64,000 nucleotides of DNA from an uncultured Desulfatitalea sp. (GTDB taxonomy: Bacteria > Desulfobacterota > Desulfobacteria > Desulfobacterales > Desulfosarcinaceae): positions 1,664,001 to 1,728,000 of the forward strand of contig CAXXMB010000002.1 in NCBI GenBank assembly GCA_963668675.2, given 5' to 3'. Numbering within the stretch: position 1 is the stretch's first letter; each line of letters opens with the position of its first letter. Of the stretch, positions 37,873-47,013 are shown one piece after another. The translations under genes were made by a program, and so were the position numbers. The notes below the pieces were generated by a model. The model was not told the DNA's origin. It saw nothing but the letters and a program-made list of their open reading frames with translations, and ran no database searches.

Positions 37873-38634
37873 CTACTCCCGATCCGTCTGCTTGCGCCCT
37901 CTTCTCGAGAAGAGGCGCCCGACGCTTTTCAGGCTGAACCGACCGGGCGACTGGTCGGGGCCTTCGTCCACGGCCTCTCCAGAAGAGGGTTCCGGAGGTG
38001 CATCCGGGGATGCTTCGGCAACGGCAAGCGTTGAGAGATGCCCTTCCATCAAAGGTGCCAACGCGGGATAACGCTTCAAATAGGTGAAAAGTGCGGCGGC
38101 ATGGGCAATATGACTGCCGGCGGCCAGATGCTTGGCCATGGCCAATAGCGCCGCCAACGCCGGTTTGGGCTCCGGCGAAACCGCCTTGGCGAGCCCGACG
38201 GCCTCCGCTACGATCTTACCGGGCGGGTGCTGGCAGGCGAGACAATCCGCAGCGCCTTGCACATACGCTTTTTTCAGACCTACCGTTTGAAGCAGGTGCC
38301 TGAACTCTTTCAAAGCGTCGTCATAAGCGCCGATCTGATAGAAGGCGTGGGCACACACCAGCACATCTGCACGGGTCGCTTGAGCTCCCCACCCCTGCCG
38401 GATGCGGGAGATCTCCTCGTGGGAAAGGGGGCCCTCCTTGGAGGCGTCCGTCGCCGCCATCTCCTCGTTCAAGCCCTCGATCTGGGATCGAATGGCACCC
38501 TCGATGGCCGGGTCGATGTTGGTCGACGCGGAGAGCAGGCCCTGGTAGAGACGGATGGCCTCATGATGCAGCCCCTGTGAGCTGTATGCTTCAGCCTCCT
38601 TCTTGGCCAGCACCGCTGTGATCTTTCCTACCAT
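37873..38634 (-). CDS. Hypothetical TPR-like protein
   Basis: gaggtg RBS, EAE.Y..QGL..EA..LY helical repeat pattern. Confidence 0.65.
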   Translation of the reverse strand: MVGKITAVLAKKEAEAYSSQGLHHEAIRLYQGLLSASTNIDPAIEGAIRSQIEGLNEEMAATDASKEGPLSHEEISRIRQGWGAQATRADVLVCAHAFYQIGAYDDALKEFRHLLQTVGLKKAYVQGAADCLACQHPPGKIVAEAVGLAKAVSPEPKPALAALLAMAKHLAAGSHIAHAAALFTYLKRYPALAPLMEGHLSTLAVAEASPDAPPEPSSGEAVDEGPDQSPGRFSLKSVGRLFSRRGRKQTDRE

Positions 38635-38862
38635 CGAGCACCTCTTAAATTGGAAAAAATAGTGAAAATTGATGGTTATGTCAAGATTGGCCAGTTGGTG
38701 CGTCAGGCGGGGAGAGCGGATTTGGCTGATCGTCAAACGATGTATTGTTAGAATCAGTTATTTCTGGTCGCTTTGAGAAATCCTTACAATAATGCTATTG
38801 ACACAGGCAAAATACAACGAATAGTTTGACAGACTTACTTTCACCCGCAGGAGATTCATGGG

Positions 38863-39816
38863 ATGGGAAAATTGCTGAGCACCAAAGAGGTCGCCCGCCA
38901 TCTGGGGATCAACGAAAAGATGGTCTACACCTTGATTGCCGAAAAGGGGCTTCCGGCCTCAAAAGTGACTGGCAAGTGGGTCTTCCCGCAGCATCTGGTC
39001 GACCAGTGGGTCGAAGCCCACACGGTCAACCTCTCGGCCATCGGAAAACACATGCCATCGGCAGACGGACTGCTCATCGTCGCCGGAAGTAACGATCCGC
39101 TGCTCGAACAGACCATCGGTCTCTTCAACAGTATATATGCAGAGAATCTGGCCGTTTTCGGCAACCTGGGCAGCATGGGGGGCATTCGATCTCTCAAACA
39201 GGACCTGTGCCACATCGCCACGAGCCATATCCTACAGCAGAACGGCGAAGAGTACAACTTCGAGATCCTCGACCAGCACCTCAACGCCTTGCCGGTGGTG
39301 GTCAACTTCTGCCGGCGGCGCCAGGGAATGATCGTGGCCAAAGGCAACCCCAAGGGCATCGGCCAGACCGCCGATCTGAAACAGCCGGGCCTGAAGGTGG
39401 TCAACCGAAAGCTGGGCACCGGCACACGGCAGCTCTTCGACTTCGAACTTCAAAAAGCGGGGCTCAAGGGCGCCACCATCGCCGGATACGACAACGAGGT
39501 CCAACGCCATATGGATATCGGGCTGGCAGTGCTCTCCGGCAAGGCCGATGCCGGCCCGGGCATCCAGCCGGTGGCCGAGCAGTTGGGCCTGGACTTCGTC
39601 CCCTGGCGCTGGGAACGCTACGACCTGCTGATCCGCAAAGAACGCTTTTTCAGTGAACCCATGCAGCGTTTTCTCGGCCTGCTGCACGAAGATCGCTTCC
39701 ACCAACTGACGGCCGCTTACCAAGGGTACGACACCTCAATCAGCGGAAAAATGATATTCCGTCAATCCTACGAAACCAAGACCCCCGACAAAGAAACCGA
39801 GGAGGAGAACGAATGA
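38863..39816 (+). CDS. Excisionase-type HTH plus PBP-like oxyanion-sensing regulator (TaoR-like)
   Basis: LSTKEVA..LGI.EK.VY HTH; GS.D, GS.GG, NR..G.GTR, D.G.GI, E.YDL; overlaps the tupA start. Confidence 0.85.
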   Translation: MGKLLSTKEVARHLGINEKMVYTLIAEKGLPASKVTGKWVFPQHLVDQWVEAHTVNLSAIGKHMPSADGLLIVAGSNDPLLEQTIGLFNSIYAENLAVFGNLGSMGGIRSLKQDLCHIATSHILQQNGEEYNFEILDQHLNALPVVVNFCRRRQGMIVAKGNPKGIGQTADLKQPGLKVVNRKLGTGTRQLFDFELQKAGLKGATIAGYDNEVQRHMDIGLAVLSGKADAGPGIQPVAEQLGLDFVPWRWERYDLLIRKERFFSEPMQRFLGLLHEDRFHQLTAAYQGYDTSISGKMIFRQSYETKTPDKETEEENE

Positions 39817-40652
39817 AAAAACCCTTTCCGATGATACAGAAAACGCTGTTTATTGTCTTCGCCCTGATGGTGCTGTGCGGCCCGTCCTGGGCCGCTGATA
39901 GGCCCATGCTGACCATGGCCACCACAACCAGCACGGACAACACCGGACTGCTCGACTATCTCAAACCCCATTTTGAAAAAGCGACCGGCATCGAGCTCCG
40001 CTGGACCGCCACCGGCACGGGCAAGGCCCTGGCCATGGGCAAAAACTGTGATGTAGATGTGCTGCTGGTTCACGCGCCCCCGGCCGAGAAGAAGTATGTG
40101 GCCGACGGCTATGGCCAGAACCGGCGCGAAATCATGTTCAACGATTTCGTCATCATCGGGCCGGCATCGGACAAAGCCGGCATCAAAGGCAAGCCCGTGG
40201 CCGACGCCCTCTCGACCATCAAGGCCCAAAAGGCCGTGTTTGTGAGCCGCGGCGACAACTCCGGCACCCATAAAAAAGAGAGGTCTCTCTGGACGATGGC
40301 CAAACAGGCCCAACCGGAAAAGGAGAGCTGGTATGTCCAGACCGGCCAGGGCATGCTGGCCAGCATCAACGTCTGCGCCGAGCAGTCCGGCTATACCATG
40401 ACCGACCGCGGCACCTACATCAAATACGCCCACACCAAAGGCGGCAATCCGCCACTGGTGATCCTGGTGGAGGGCGACGACGTGCTGAAAAACCAGTACA
40501 GCGTCATCGAAGTGAGCCCCAAAAACTGCGCCAACGCCAAGACGGACCTGGCCCACAAGTTCTCCCAGTGGATGGCCGGCGCCGAAGCCCAGAAGCTGAT
40601 CGGCGACTTCAAACTGATGGGAAAAAAGCTGTTCAACCCCAACGCCAAATAG
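39813..40652 (+). CDS. tupA: Tungstate ABC transporter substrate-binding protein
   Basis: TTTS tungstate motif, GTG.AL, DV.LVH, SRGD.SGTH.KE, DRGTY. Confidence 0.93.
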   Translation: MKKPFPMIQKTLFIVFALMVLCGPSWAADRPMLTMATTTSTDNTGLLDYLKPHFEKATGIELRWTATGTGKALAMGKNCDVDVLLVHAPPAEKKYVADGYGQNRREIMFNDFVIIGPASDKAGIKGKPVADALSTIKAQKAVFVSRGDNSGTHKKERSLWTMAKQAQPEKESWYVQTGQGMLASINVCAEQSGYTMTDRGTYIKYAHTKGGNPPLVILVEGDDVLKNQYSVIEVSPKNCANAKTDLAHKFSQWMAGAEAQKLIGDFKLMGKKLFNPNAK

Positions 40653-40673
40653 GATAGTTCCTACAAACGAGAC

Positions 40674-40709
40674 AGGGGCCTTGGCGGCATCCAAAAGCCA
40701 GGCCCCTTT
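40674..40709 (+). terminator. Hairpin between tupA and tupB (partial terminator or mRNA stabiliser)
   Basis: aggggcc-ttggc...gcca-ggcccct followed by tt. Confidence 0.45.
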
Positions 40710-40737
40710 ACTCTCTTCGATTGGGTAAAGCAGGCGC

Positions 40738-41424
40738 ATGGACTATATCATCCAGGGATTGCTGCAGGCGTTTCAACTGCTCTTCTCCGGCAACGCGGAG
40801 ACTTACTCGGCCGTGGCGGCGACCCTGACCGTCTCCAGCTACGCCATGGCCACCAGCCTGACCATCGGCATCCCCCTGGGCTTCGCATTGGGACACTTCG
40901 ACTTTCCCGGCCGCCGCCAGGTGCGGCTGATCGTCGACACCCTGCTCTCCCTTCCCACGGTCTTCATCGGCTTGATCGTCTACGCCTTCATCTCCCGCCA
41001 GGGGCCCCTCGGCCACATGGGCATGCTCTTCACCCTGCCCGGCATCGCCGTCGGCCAGACCATCCTGGCACTTCCGGTGGTCATCGCCCTGAGCGCCACG
41101 GCCGTGGAAAGCCTGGACGCCAACCTGCGCACCACCCTGCTCTCCCTGGGCGCCGGCCGCCGCCAGCTCCTTCAAAGCACCCTGTGGGAGGCGCGCCACG
41201 CCATCCTGGCCGCCGCCTTGACCGCCTACGGGCGTGTCATGACCGAAGTGGGCATCTCCATGATGGTGGGCGGCAATATCAAGTGGCACACACGCACCAT
41301 CACCACCGCCATCGCCCTGGAGACCAACAAGGGCCAGTTCGCCCTGGGCATCGCCCTAGGCCTGGTACTGCTGCTCATCGCATTCATCGTCAACGGCTCC
41401 GTGTCGTTCCTCAGAAAGAAGTAA
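40738..41424 (+). CDS. tupB: Tungstate ABC transporter permease
   Basis: LP.V..GL, SR.GPLG, GR..TEVG..M.VGGNI...TR..TTAIALET. Confidence 0.93.
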   Translation: MDYIIQGLLQAFQLLFSGNAETYSAVAATLTVSSYAMATSLTIGIPLGFALGHFDFPGRRQVRLIVDTLLSLPTVFIGLIVYAFISRQGPLGHMGMLFTLPGIAVGQTILALPVVIALSATAVESLDANLRTTLLSLGAGRRQLLQSTLWEARHAILAAALTAYGRVMTEVGISMMVGGNIKWHTRTITTAIALETNKGQFALGIALGLVLLLIAFIVNGSVSFLRKK

Positions 41425-41436
41425 ACGGGAAAACGC

Positions 41437-42456
41437 ATGGCCCTCTACCAACTCGACGACATCATCCACCGCTACAAGGACCAGCCGGTCCTCTCCATCG
41501 AGGCGTGGACCATCAACGAAGGGATGATCACTGGGCTGTGCGGCCCCAACGGCAGCGGCAAAAGCACCTTGCTCAAACTGCTGGGCCTCATCGAGCGGCC
41601 GAGCCGGGGAGAAATCCGCTTCAACGGACATAAAGCCGACCCCTTTGCCCAGGGAATGCGCGACCGCGTGACCCTGCTGCCCCAGGACTCCTACCTGCTC
41701 AAACGCAGCGTTTATAACAACGTGGCCTACGGCCTGCACATCCGCAGAGTGAAACGCAACGTCGCCGAGCGCGTTCAAGAAGCGCTGAACCTGGTCGGCC
41801 TGGCGCCGGAGCGCTTCGCCCAGCGCCCCTGGTACGCCCTCTCAGGTGGGGAAGCACGCCGTGTGGCCCTGGCGTCCAGGCTCGTGCTGCGGCCCAAGGC
41901 CCTGCTGCTTGACGAACCCACCACCAGCGTGGATGCGGCCAGTGCTCTTTTGATGAAAGAGGCGGCCCTGCACGCCCACCGGGAGTGGGGCGCCAGTCTC
42001 ATCATCTCCAGCCACGACGTGCAGTGGCTGCAGGACATCTCCCACGACATCATCTATCTCTTCAACGGACGCATCCTGGGAAAAGGTCAACGAACGCTTA
42101 TCTTCGGACCATGGCTGCGCCTGAGTGAAGACCGCGTCGGCAAACGGTTGGCCGACGGCCAGGTATTCGTCGCAGACAATCCCTCCTTCGACGGCGGCGC
42201 CGTTGCCGCCATTGACCCTGCTCGCCTGAAGCTTCACCTGACCGATCGGGAGATACGCGAAGGAAGAAATTCACTAAAAGGCATGCTCACGAGCCTCGGC
42301 CTGGAAAAAATCTCCGGAGCGATCGGTCTCTCCGTGGCCGTAGGCGAAATCGAGTTTACAGCTTACCTCTCCCCAGACACCCTCTCCACAGGAGATTTTC
42401 GCCCCGGCATGGAGATCTGGATCTCATACCGCCCGGAAGAGGTGAAATGGTATTAG
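41437..42456 (+). CDS. tupC: Tungstate ABC transporter ATP-binding protein
   Basis: GPNGSGKST, LSGGE, LLLDEPT, C-terminal TOBE-like region. Confidence 0.9.
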   Translation: MALYQLDDIIHRYKDQPVLSIEAWTINEGMITGLCGPNGSGKSTLLKLLGLIERPSRGEIRFNGHKADPFAQGMRDRVTLLPQDSYLLKRSVYNNVAYGLHIRRVKRNVAERVQEALNLVGLAPERFAQRPWYALSGGEARRVALASRLVLRPKALLLDEPTTSVDAASALLMKEAALHAHREWGASLIISSHDVQWLQDISHDIIYLFNGRILGKGQRTLIFGPWLRLSEDRVGKRLADGQVFVADNPSFDGGAVAAIDPARLKLHLTDREIREGRNSLKGMLTSLGLEKISGAIGLSVAVGEIEFTAYLSPDTLSTGDFRPGMEIWISYRPEEVKWY

Positions 42457-42506
42457 GGGGCCCATGGGGAACCGTAAAATTTTGACCTTTTCTAATAATA
42501 GCGAAG

Positions 42507-42566
42507 GGGCCAAGGCTGCCCTCGGCTCACTTCGGAGTGCGAAAGCATCAAGAGCAGCCTTGACCC
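42507..42566. other. Strong intergenic RNA-like secondary structure
   Basis: 18-bp stem, fully paired on the minus strand with G-U pairs, enclosing small hairpins. Confidence 0.45.
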
Positions 42567-42740
42567 TGTAGCCCGCCATCGGTCGGGGCCGCCGCCCGCT
42601 GCCATCCATCTTCGCCATCCGTGCTCTTCCAAGGTTAAAGTAAGTCTGGCCAAAGCCGATATTGAATTCAACAGAGCAGGTTGACGATACAGGTAGAAAA
42701 CGTGAAATAAGACGCTATTTTTACTGCGGATAACACTTCT

Positions 42741-43499
42741 ATGGCCCCGACAAAGAGAAAACCGCTGACCCTTTGTGTCACCAGCGGTAAAGGCGGTGTG
42801 GGCAAAACCAGCTTCACCGTGAATTTCGGCATCGCCCTGGCCCTCAACGGCAGTCGGGTGTTGATTGTCGATGGTGATATGGGGTTGGCCAACGTGGATG
42901 TAATGCTGAGGTTGTCGGTGAAACAAAACATCCAGGACATCCTTGAAAGCGGCGCCGATCCCAAGCAGGCACTCATTTTCGCCCGCCCCAACCTGGCCGT
43001 GCTGCCGGGCAGTTCGGGCGTGCCGGAGATGGTCGCCCTGGGTGACCACCAGCAATCGCGGCTGTCGGCCTTTATCACCGAGGTGGCCGAGGATTTCGAC
43101 TATGTGATCATCGATACGGCGGCCGGCATCGGGCCATCGGTGCTCTGGTACAATCGCTTTTGTGATCGTAACATCTTTATTCTTACGCCGGATCCGACCT
43201 CCATGACCGATGCCTATGCCCTGATCAAATTGCTCTCCAGGGATCACGGCATCGTCCGTTTCAACCTGGTGATCAACCTTGTACAGGATGCGCGCGAAGG
43301 CAAGCATATCGTTGATACACTCAAACGGGTGACGCAGCGTTTTCTCAGCCTGGAACTGGCCCACCTGGGAAGCGTCCCGAATGATACGTCGGTCAAACGC
43401 GCGGTTCTCAATCAGGCTCCCTTTATCGAACAGGAGCCTGGCGTCAAGGCGTCCCGGGCGATCCGCGAACTGGCCCAGCGGGTCGAAACATTGATTTGA
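42741..43499 (+). CDS. FlhG/FleN-like MinD/ParA ATPase
   Basis: TSGKGGVGKT, D.D.GLAN.D, LPG.SG, IDTAAGI, PDPTS.TDAYALIK. Confidence 0.88.
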   Translation: MAPTKRKPLTLCVTSGKGGVGKTSFTVNFGIALALNGSRVLIVDGDMGLANVDVMLRLSVKQNIQDILESGADPKQALIFARPNLAVLPGSSGVPEMVALGDHQQSRLSAFITEVAEDFDYVIIDTAAGIGPSVLWYNRFCDRNIFILTPDPTSMTDAYALIKLLSRDHGIVRFNLVINLVQDAREGKHIVDTLKRVTQRFLSLELAHLGSVPNDTSVKRAVLNQAPFIEQEPGVKASRAIRELAQRVETLI

Positions 43500-44431
43500 T
43501 GGGCGTTTACGCTACCATCCATAAGCGCTTTGGCGCTGGCCTGATCCTATATTGCTGGGCCGCCGACGCAGTGTTCGCCGCGAGCCCGGCGACGGCTGCC
43601 GAGCGCGGATCTGTGGTCCAGGTTCACAGCCATTGGCTGGTGGCGTTGGTTGTGGCGGTAATGGCCGCCGTTCTCATCGTCTATCAGATACAAAAACAGA
43701 AGATTGAACGCAAAACGGTCGAATTGCGACGTGAGTTGTTCGAACGCCAGGTGGCGGAAAAAGAGCTGCTGGCCTCTGACCAGAAACTGCGTCAGTCCCT
43801 GGCGGAAAAGGAGGCGCTGCTCAAGGAGATCCACCATCGCGTGAAAAACAATCTGCAGATCGTTTCCAGTCTGTTGTATCTACAGGAAGAGAGCATGCAG
43901 GATCCCAAAGGGTTGGAAGTATTGCGCGAAAGTCAAAACCGGGTAAAATCCATGGCGCTGATCCATGAACAGCTTTACGGCACAGACAATCTGGCAAAAA
44001 TCGATTTCGGGCGCTACCTGCAAAGCCTGACAGCCAACCTGTTCAGTGCCTACGGCGTCGATCCGGCCTGTCTGCGGCTCACTATCGATGCCGACGAAAT
44101 CTCCATCGGGGTCGAAATTGCCGTGCCCTGCGGGCTGATCGTCAATGAGCTGGTTTCCAACGCCATCAAGCATGCGTTTCCACAGGGCACTGGTGGAACC
44201 ATCGAGATTATTATTCGAATGCTTAACACCGGTCAGATGGAGATCGTGGTGGACGATGACGGCGTCGGCCTGGCGGCCAAGCCTGCCGGTTCGGATTCAC
44301 CCTCATTGGGTTTGCGTCTGGTCGATATGCTGACCACACAGCTGGATGGACGATCAAGTGTTGAAACCGACAGGGGGACCCGGTTCAGAATGATCATCAC
44401 TATCCCTGAAGCACAGAAAAAGGAGCGGTGA
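43499..44431 (+). CDS. HisKA_2-type sensor histidine kinase with a minimal extracytoplasmic region
   Basis: LLKEIHHRVKNNLQ, HE.LY, NELVSNA.KHA, DDGVG, SLGL.LV; TGATG overlap with the FlhG-like gene. Confidence 0.9.
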   Translation: MGVYATIHKRFGAGLILYCWAADAVFAASPATAAERGSVVQVHSHWLVALVVAVMAAVLIVYQIQKQKIERKTVELRRELFERQVAEKELLASDQKLRQSLAEKEALLKEIHHRVKNNLQIVSSLLYLQEESMQDPKGLEVLRESQNRVKSMALIHEQLYGTDNLAKIDFGRYLQSLTANLFSAYGVDPACLRLTIDADEISIGVEIAVPCGLIVNELVSNAIKHAFPQGTGGTIEIIIRMLNTGQMEIVVDDDGVGLAAKPAGSDSPSLGLRLVDMLTTQLDGRSSVETDRGTRFRMIITIPEAQKKER

Positions 44432-44432
44432 C

Positions 44433-45101
44433 ATGACAGAGGTGACCATACTGGTGGTGGAGGACGAAGGCATTGTCGCCCAGGAGATCAAAAGCCGTCT
44501 GGAAAAAGCCGGTTATTCGGTATGCGGCGTGGCCCACGACGGCGAACGGGCGGTGGCCGAAGCCGAACGTTCGACGCCGGATCTGGTGTTGATGGACATT
44601 CGCCTCAAAGGAGATATGGACGGTATCGAGGCGGCCGGCCTGATCCGGGAGCGGTACAGTATCCCGGTGGTCTTTCTGACCGCTTATACCGATACGGCAA
44701 CGCTTGAGCGCGCCAAGGTCAAGGATCCTTTCGGATATGTCGTCAAGCCCTTTGACACCCGGAGCCTGATGGTGGCAATAGAGATCGCACTGCACCGTTA
44801 CCAGAGCGAATCCGAGCGTATCTACCGGGAAAAGCTCGAGGCGGTGATAGAGGCCGCCGGTGCCGTCTGCCACGAACTGAACCAACCCATGATGGCGATT
44901 TCCGGCAACGCGGAACTGCTCATGGGCATGCTCGATGCTAGTGACCCTCAATACGACAGGATTGCCAAAATCAAATCCGAGGTGGACCGCATGGGGGCCA
45001 TCACCCGGAAACTCATGGGCATCACCCTCTATGAAACCCGCCGATACCCAAGCGGAGAACGCATCGTGGACCTGGAAAAGTCTTCTACCACCATTGGGTG
45101 A
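44433..45101 (+). CDS. Response regulator with a C-terminal HisKA-like helical hairpin
   Basis: VVEDE, LMDI, LTAY, KPF receiver; AVCHELNQP H-box with no HATPase domain. Confidence 0.88.
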   Translation: MTEVTILVVEDEGIVAQEIKSRLEKAGYSVCGVAHDGERAVAEAERSTPDLVLMDIRLKGDMDGIEAAGLIRERYSIPVVFLTAYTDTATLERAKVKDPFGYVVKPFDTRSLMVAIEIALHRYQSESERIYREKLEAVIEAAGAVCHELNQPMMAISGNAELLMGMLDASDPQYDRIAKIKSEVDRMGAITRKLMGITLYETRRYPSGERIVDLEKSSTTIG

Positions 45102-45193
45102 CAGGAAGGCACCATCAGGATCTCCTTCTTATCCGCTTTGGGATCCGCGCCAGCAATCTACCCCAGTTGCTGAAGGGTCCCATAAAGGATCGT

Positions 45194-45994
45194 TCAGGCG
45201 CCGGATAAAAACGCTCCCACCAACTGAATGAATCGTCGGGGTGCTTCAGCAGGGATGGAGTGTCCGATTCCCGGAAGCTCCTTATGGCGGCCTCCGCAGA
45301 TGGCGGCCATCTCCTCTGCGCCTTCCTTGGTTACCAACGGATCATCCTCGCCAGTCAACAAGAGAAGCAGGAAAGGCAAGCTTTGAATCACTTTGCCCAG
45401 CGGGGGATATGTCTGCAGGGCGGTTAGATGGGCGCGCAGCGATTCGGTGTGGTTGCGCCGCACGATGGTTTTCACGATCCGGTCCAACTGCTTCTCGTTT
45501 TCACGCAAAAAGGTGCGGCCGAAGACGTGCGGCAGGGCCGCCCACACCATGGCGTCCAAGCTGTGGCGAAGAAGGATCTCGTGCCAGGAACGCACGATCA
45601 TCTTGGCGCGGAAGGTGGCGCGGGTAGAAAGGCTGCACAGCACCATGCGCGTTATCAGATTGGGATACTTGGCCGCCAGGGCCAGGGCGATACGGGCGCC
45701 GTGACTGATGCCGACGATGGCTGTCTGGTGAATGTTGAGTTCGGACAGGAGCTGGTTCAGATCGGAAGCGTGCAGGTCCAACGAAAGAGGCGAATCACCC
45801 AGGTCGCTGCCTCCCTGCCCCCGGGCATCATAGGTCAATAGACGGTAGCCGGCTGGCATTCCCTTGATGATCGGATTCCAGTTGACCGTGGTTTGCAGGG
45901 TTCCGTTGATGAAAGCAATGGTCGGCTTGCCTGGCCCCTCGCCGGCCAGTTCGTAGTAGAGATTGCAGTCATCGGTGGTTTTAAAGTAGGGCAT
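45194..45994 (-). CDS. Alpha/beta hydrolase (PcaD-like)
   Basis: YDARGQGGS, GISHG nucleophile elbow, G.DD, GH. Confidence 0.88.
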   Translation of the reverse strand: MPYFKTTDDCNLYYELAGEGPGKPTIAFINGTLQTTVNWNPIIKGMPAGYRLLTYDARGQGGSDLGDSPLSLDLHASDLNQLLSELNIHQTAIVGISHGARIALALAAKYPNLITRMVLCSLSTRATFRAKMIVRSWHEILLRHSLDAMVWAALPHVFGRTFLRENEKQLDRIVKTIVRRNHTESLRAHLTALQTYPPLGKVIQSLPFLLLLLTGEDDPLVTKEGAEEMAAICGGRHKELPGIGHSIPAEAPRRFIQLVGAFLSGA

Positions 45995-46058
45995 GGGTAA
46001 GCTCTAAAATTTCCCTGAAACCCCCATTGGGAAAGGGGGACGTCTGTTCTGATTGCCA

Positions 46059-46841
46059 TCAAAGCGTGGCGGCAATCAATGCTGCCCCGATGGCACCGTT
46101 TACCTGGGCATTTTCCGAAACGATCAAATCGGCGCCCAGTTTCTCTTCAAGGGCCTTCACGACGCCGATATTTTTGGCCACACCGCCGGTCATCATGGCC
46201 GGAGGGCGGAAGCCGATACGCTTGGCCATGGAGACCACCCGCGCGCCGATGGAGGCGTGGATGCCGGCGATGATGTTCTCGCGCTTCTCTCCTTTGGCAA
46301 TCAGGGAGATCACTTCCGATTCGGCGAAAACGGTGCAGAGGCTGCTGATGGGCGATGCTGTCTCTGCACTCAATGAGAGCTCCCCGAATGCGTCGAGGTC
46401 GACCTCCAGTGCACGCGCCATCACCTCGAGAAAACGCCCGGTCCCGGCGGCGCATTTGTCGTTCATGGTAAAATCCTTCACCTTGCCTCTATCGTCAAGC
46501 ACGATGGCCTTGCTGTCCTGGCCGCCGATGTCAATGATCGAGCGGACTTCGGGGTTGAGGAAATGGGCACCCGCCGCATGGCAGGTGATTTCGGTCACAG
46601 CCTTGCTGGCAAATTCGATGCTGTTGCGGCCGTAACCGGTGGCGACGATCTTCTCCACCTGTGCCGGATCGACACCCGCTTTGGCCAGCGCCTCTTCGTA
46701 AACCTGTCTGCCCGCTTTTTTGGCGTTGTACCCGGTCAGAATAACACAGGTGGCTACAATCTCACCATCCTCTAGGAGAGCCGCCTTGGCACTGATCGAG
46801 CCCACGTCGATACCTGCAGTGATCATAGTTTCGCTTTCCAT
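46059..46841 (-). CDS. ATP-dependent activator of 2-hydroxyacyl-CoA dehydratase (HgdC/HadI family)
   Basis: GIDVGS, TGYGR, TEITCH, DIGGQDSK, NDKCAAGTGRF, CTVFAESE, GGVA.N, GAIGAA. Confidence 0.94.
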   Translation of the reverse strand: MESETMITAGIDVGSISAKAALLEDGEIVATCVILTGYNAKKAGRQVYEEALAKAGVDPAQVEKIVATGYGRNSIEFASKAVTEITCHAAGAHFLNPEVRSIIDIGGQDSKAIVLDDRGKVKDFTMNDKCAAGTGRFLEVMARALEVDLDAFGELSLSAETASPISSLCTVFAESEVISLIAKGEKRENIIAGIHASIGARVVSMAKRIGFRPPAMMTGGVAKNIGVVKALEEKLGADLIVSENAQVNGAIGAALIAATL

Positions 46842-46860
46842 TTATCTGTATAACCGACGA

Positions 46861-46982
46861 CTCCCCCTTTCTCAAAGGGGGGCCGGGGGGATTTGAATCT
46901 ACTGCATGGATATCAGACGCTCTTCGCAGTCCATATGAACCAGTAGAAATCCCCCTAAGTCCCCCGTTGGAAAAGGGGGACT
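46861..46982. repeat. Inverted pair of CCCCC..GGGGG palindromic repeats (MITE-like)
   Basis: ctccccctttctcaaaggggggccggggggattt ... aaatccccctaagtcccccgttggaaaaggggga, with a partly self-complementary spacer. Confidence 0.7.
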
Positions 46983-47013
46983 TTATGGTCGCGCCGCTCG
47001 CTACCATATTGTT

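Noticed and set aside
42480..42635. tRNA-Sec candidate (minus strand begins ggaag)
   Set aside because: No UCA anticodon arm, T-loop or matching acceptor stem
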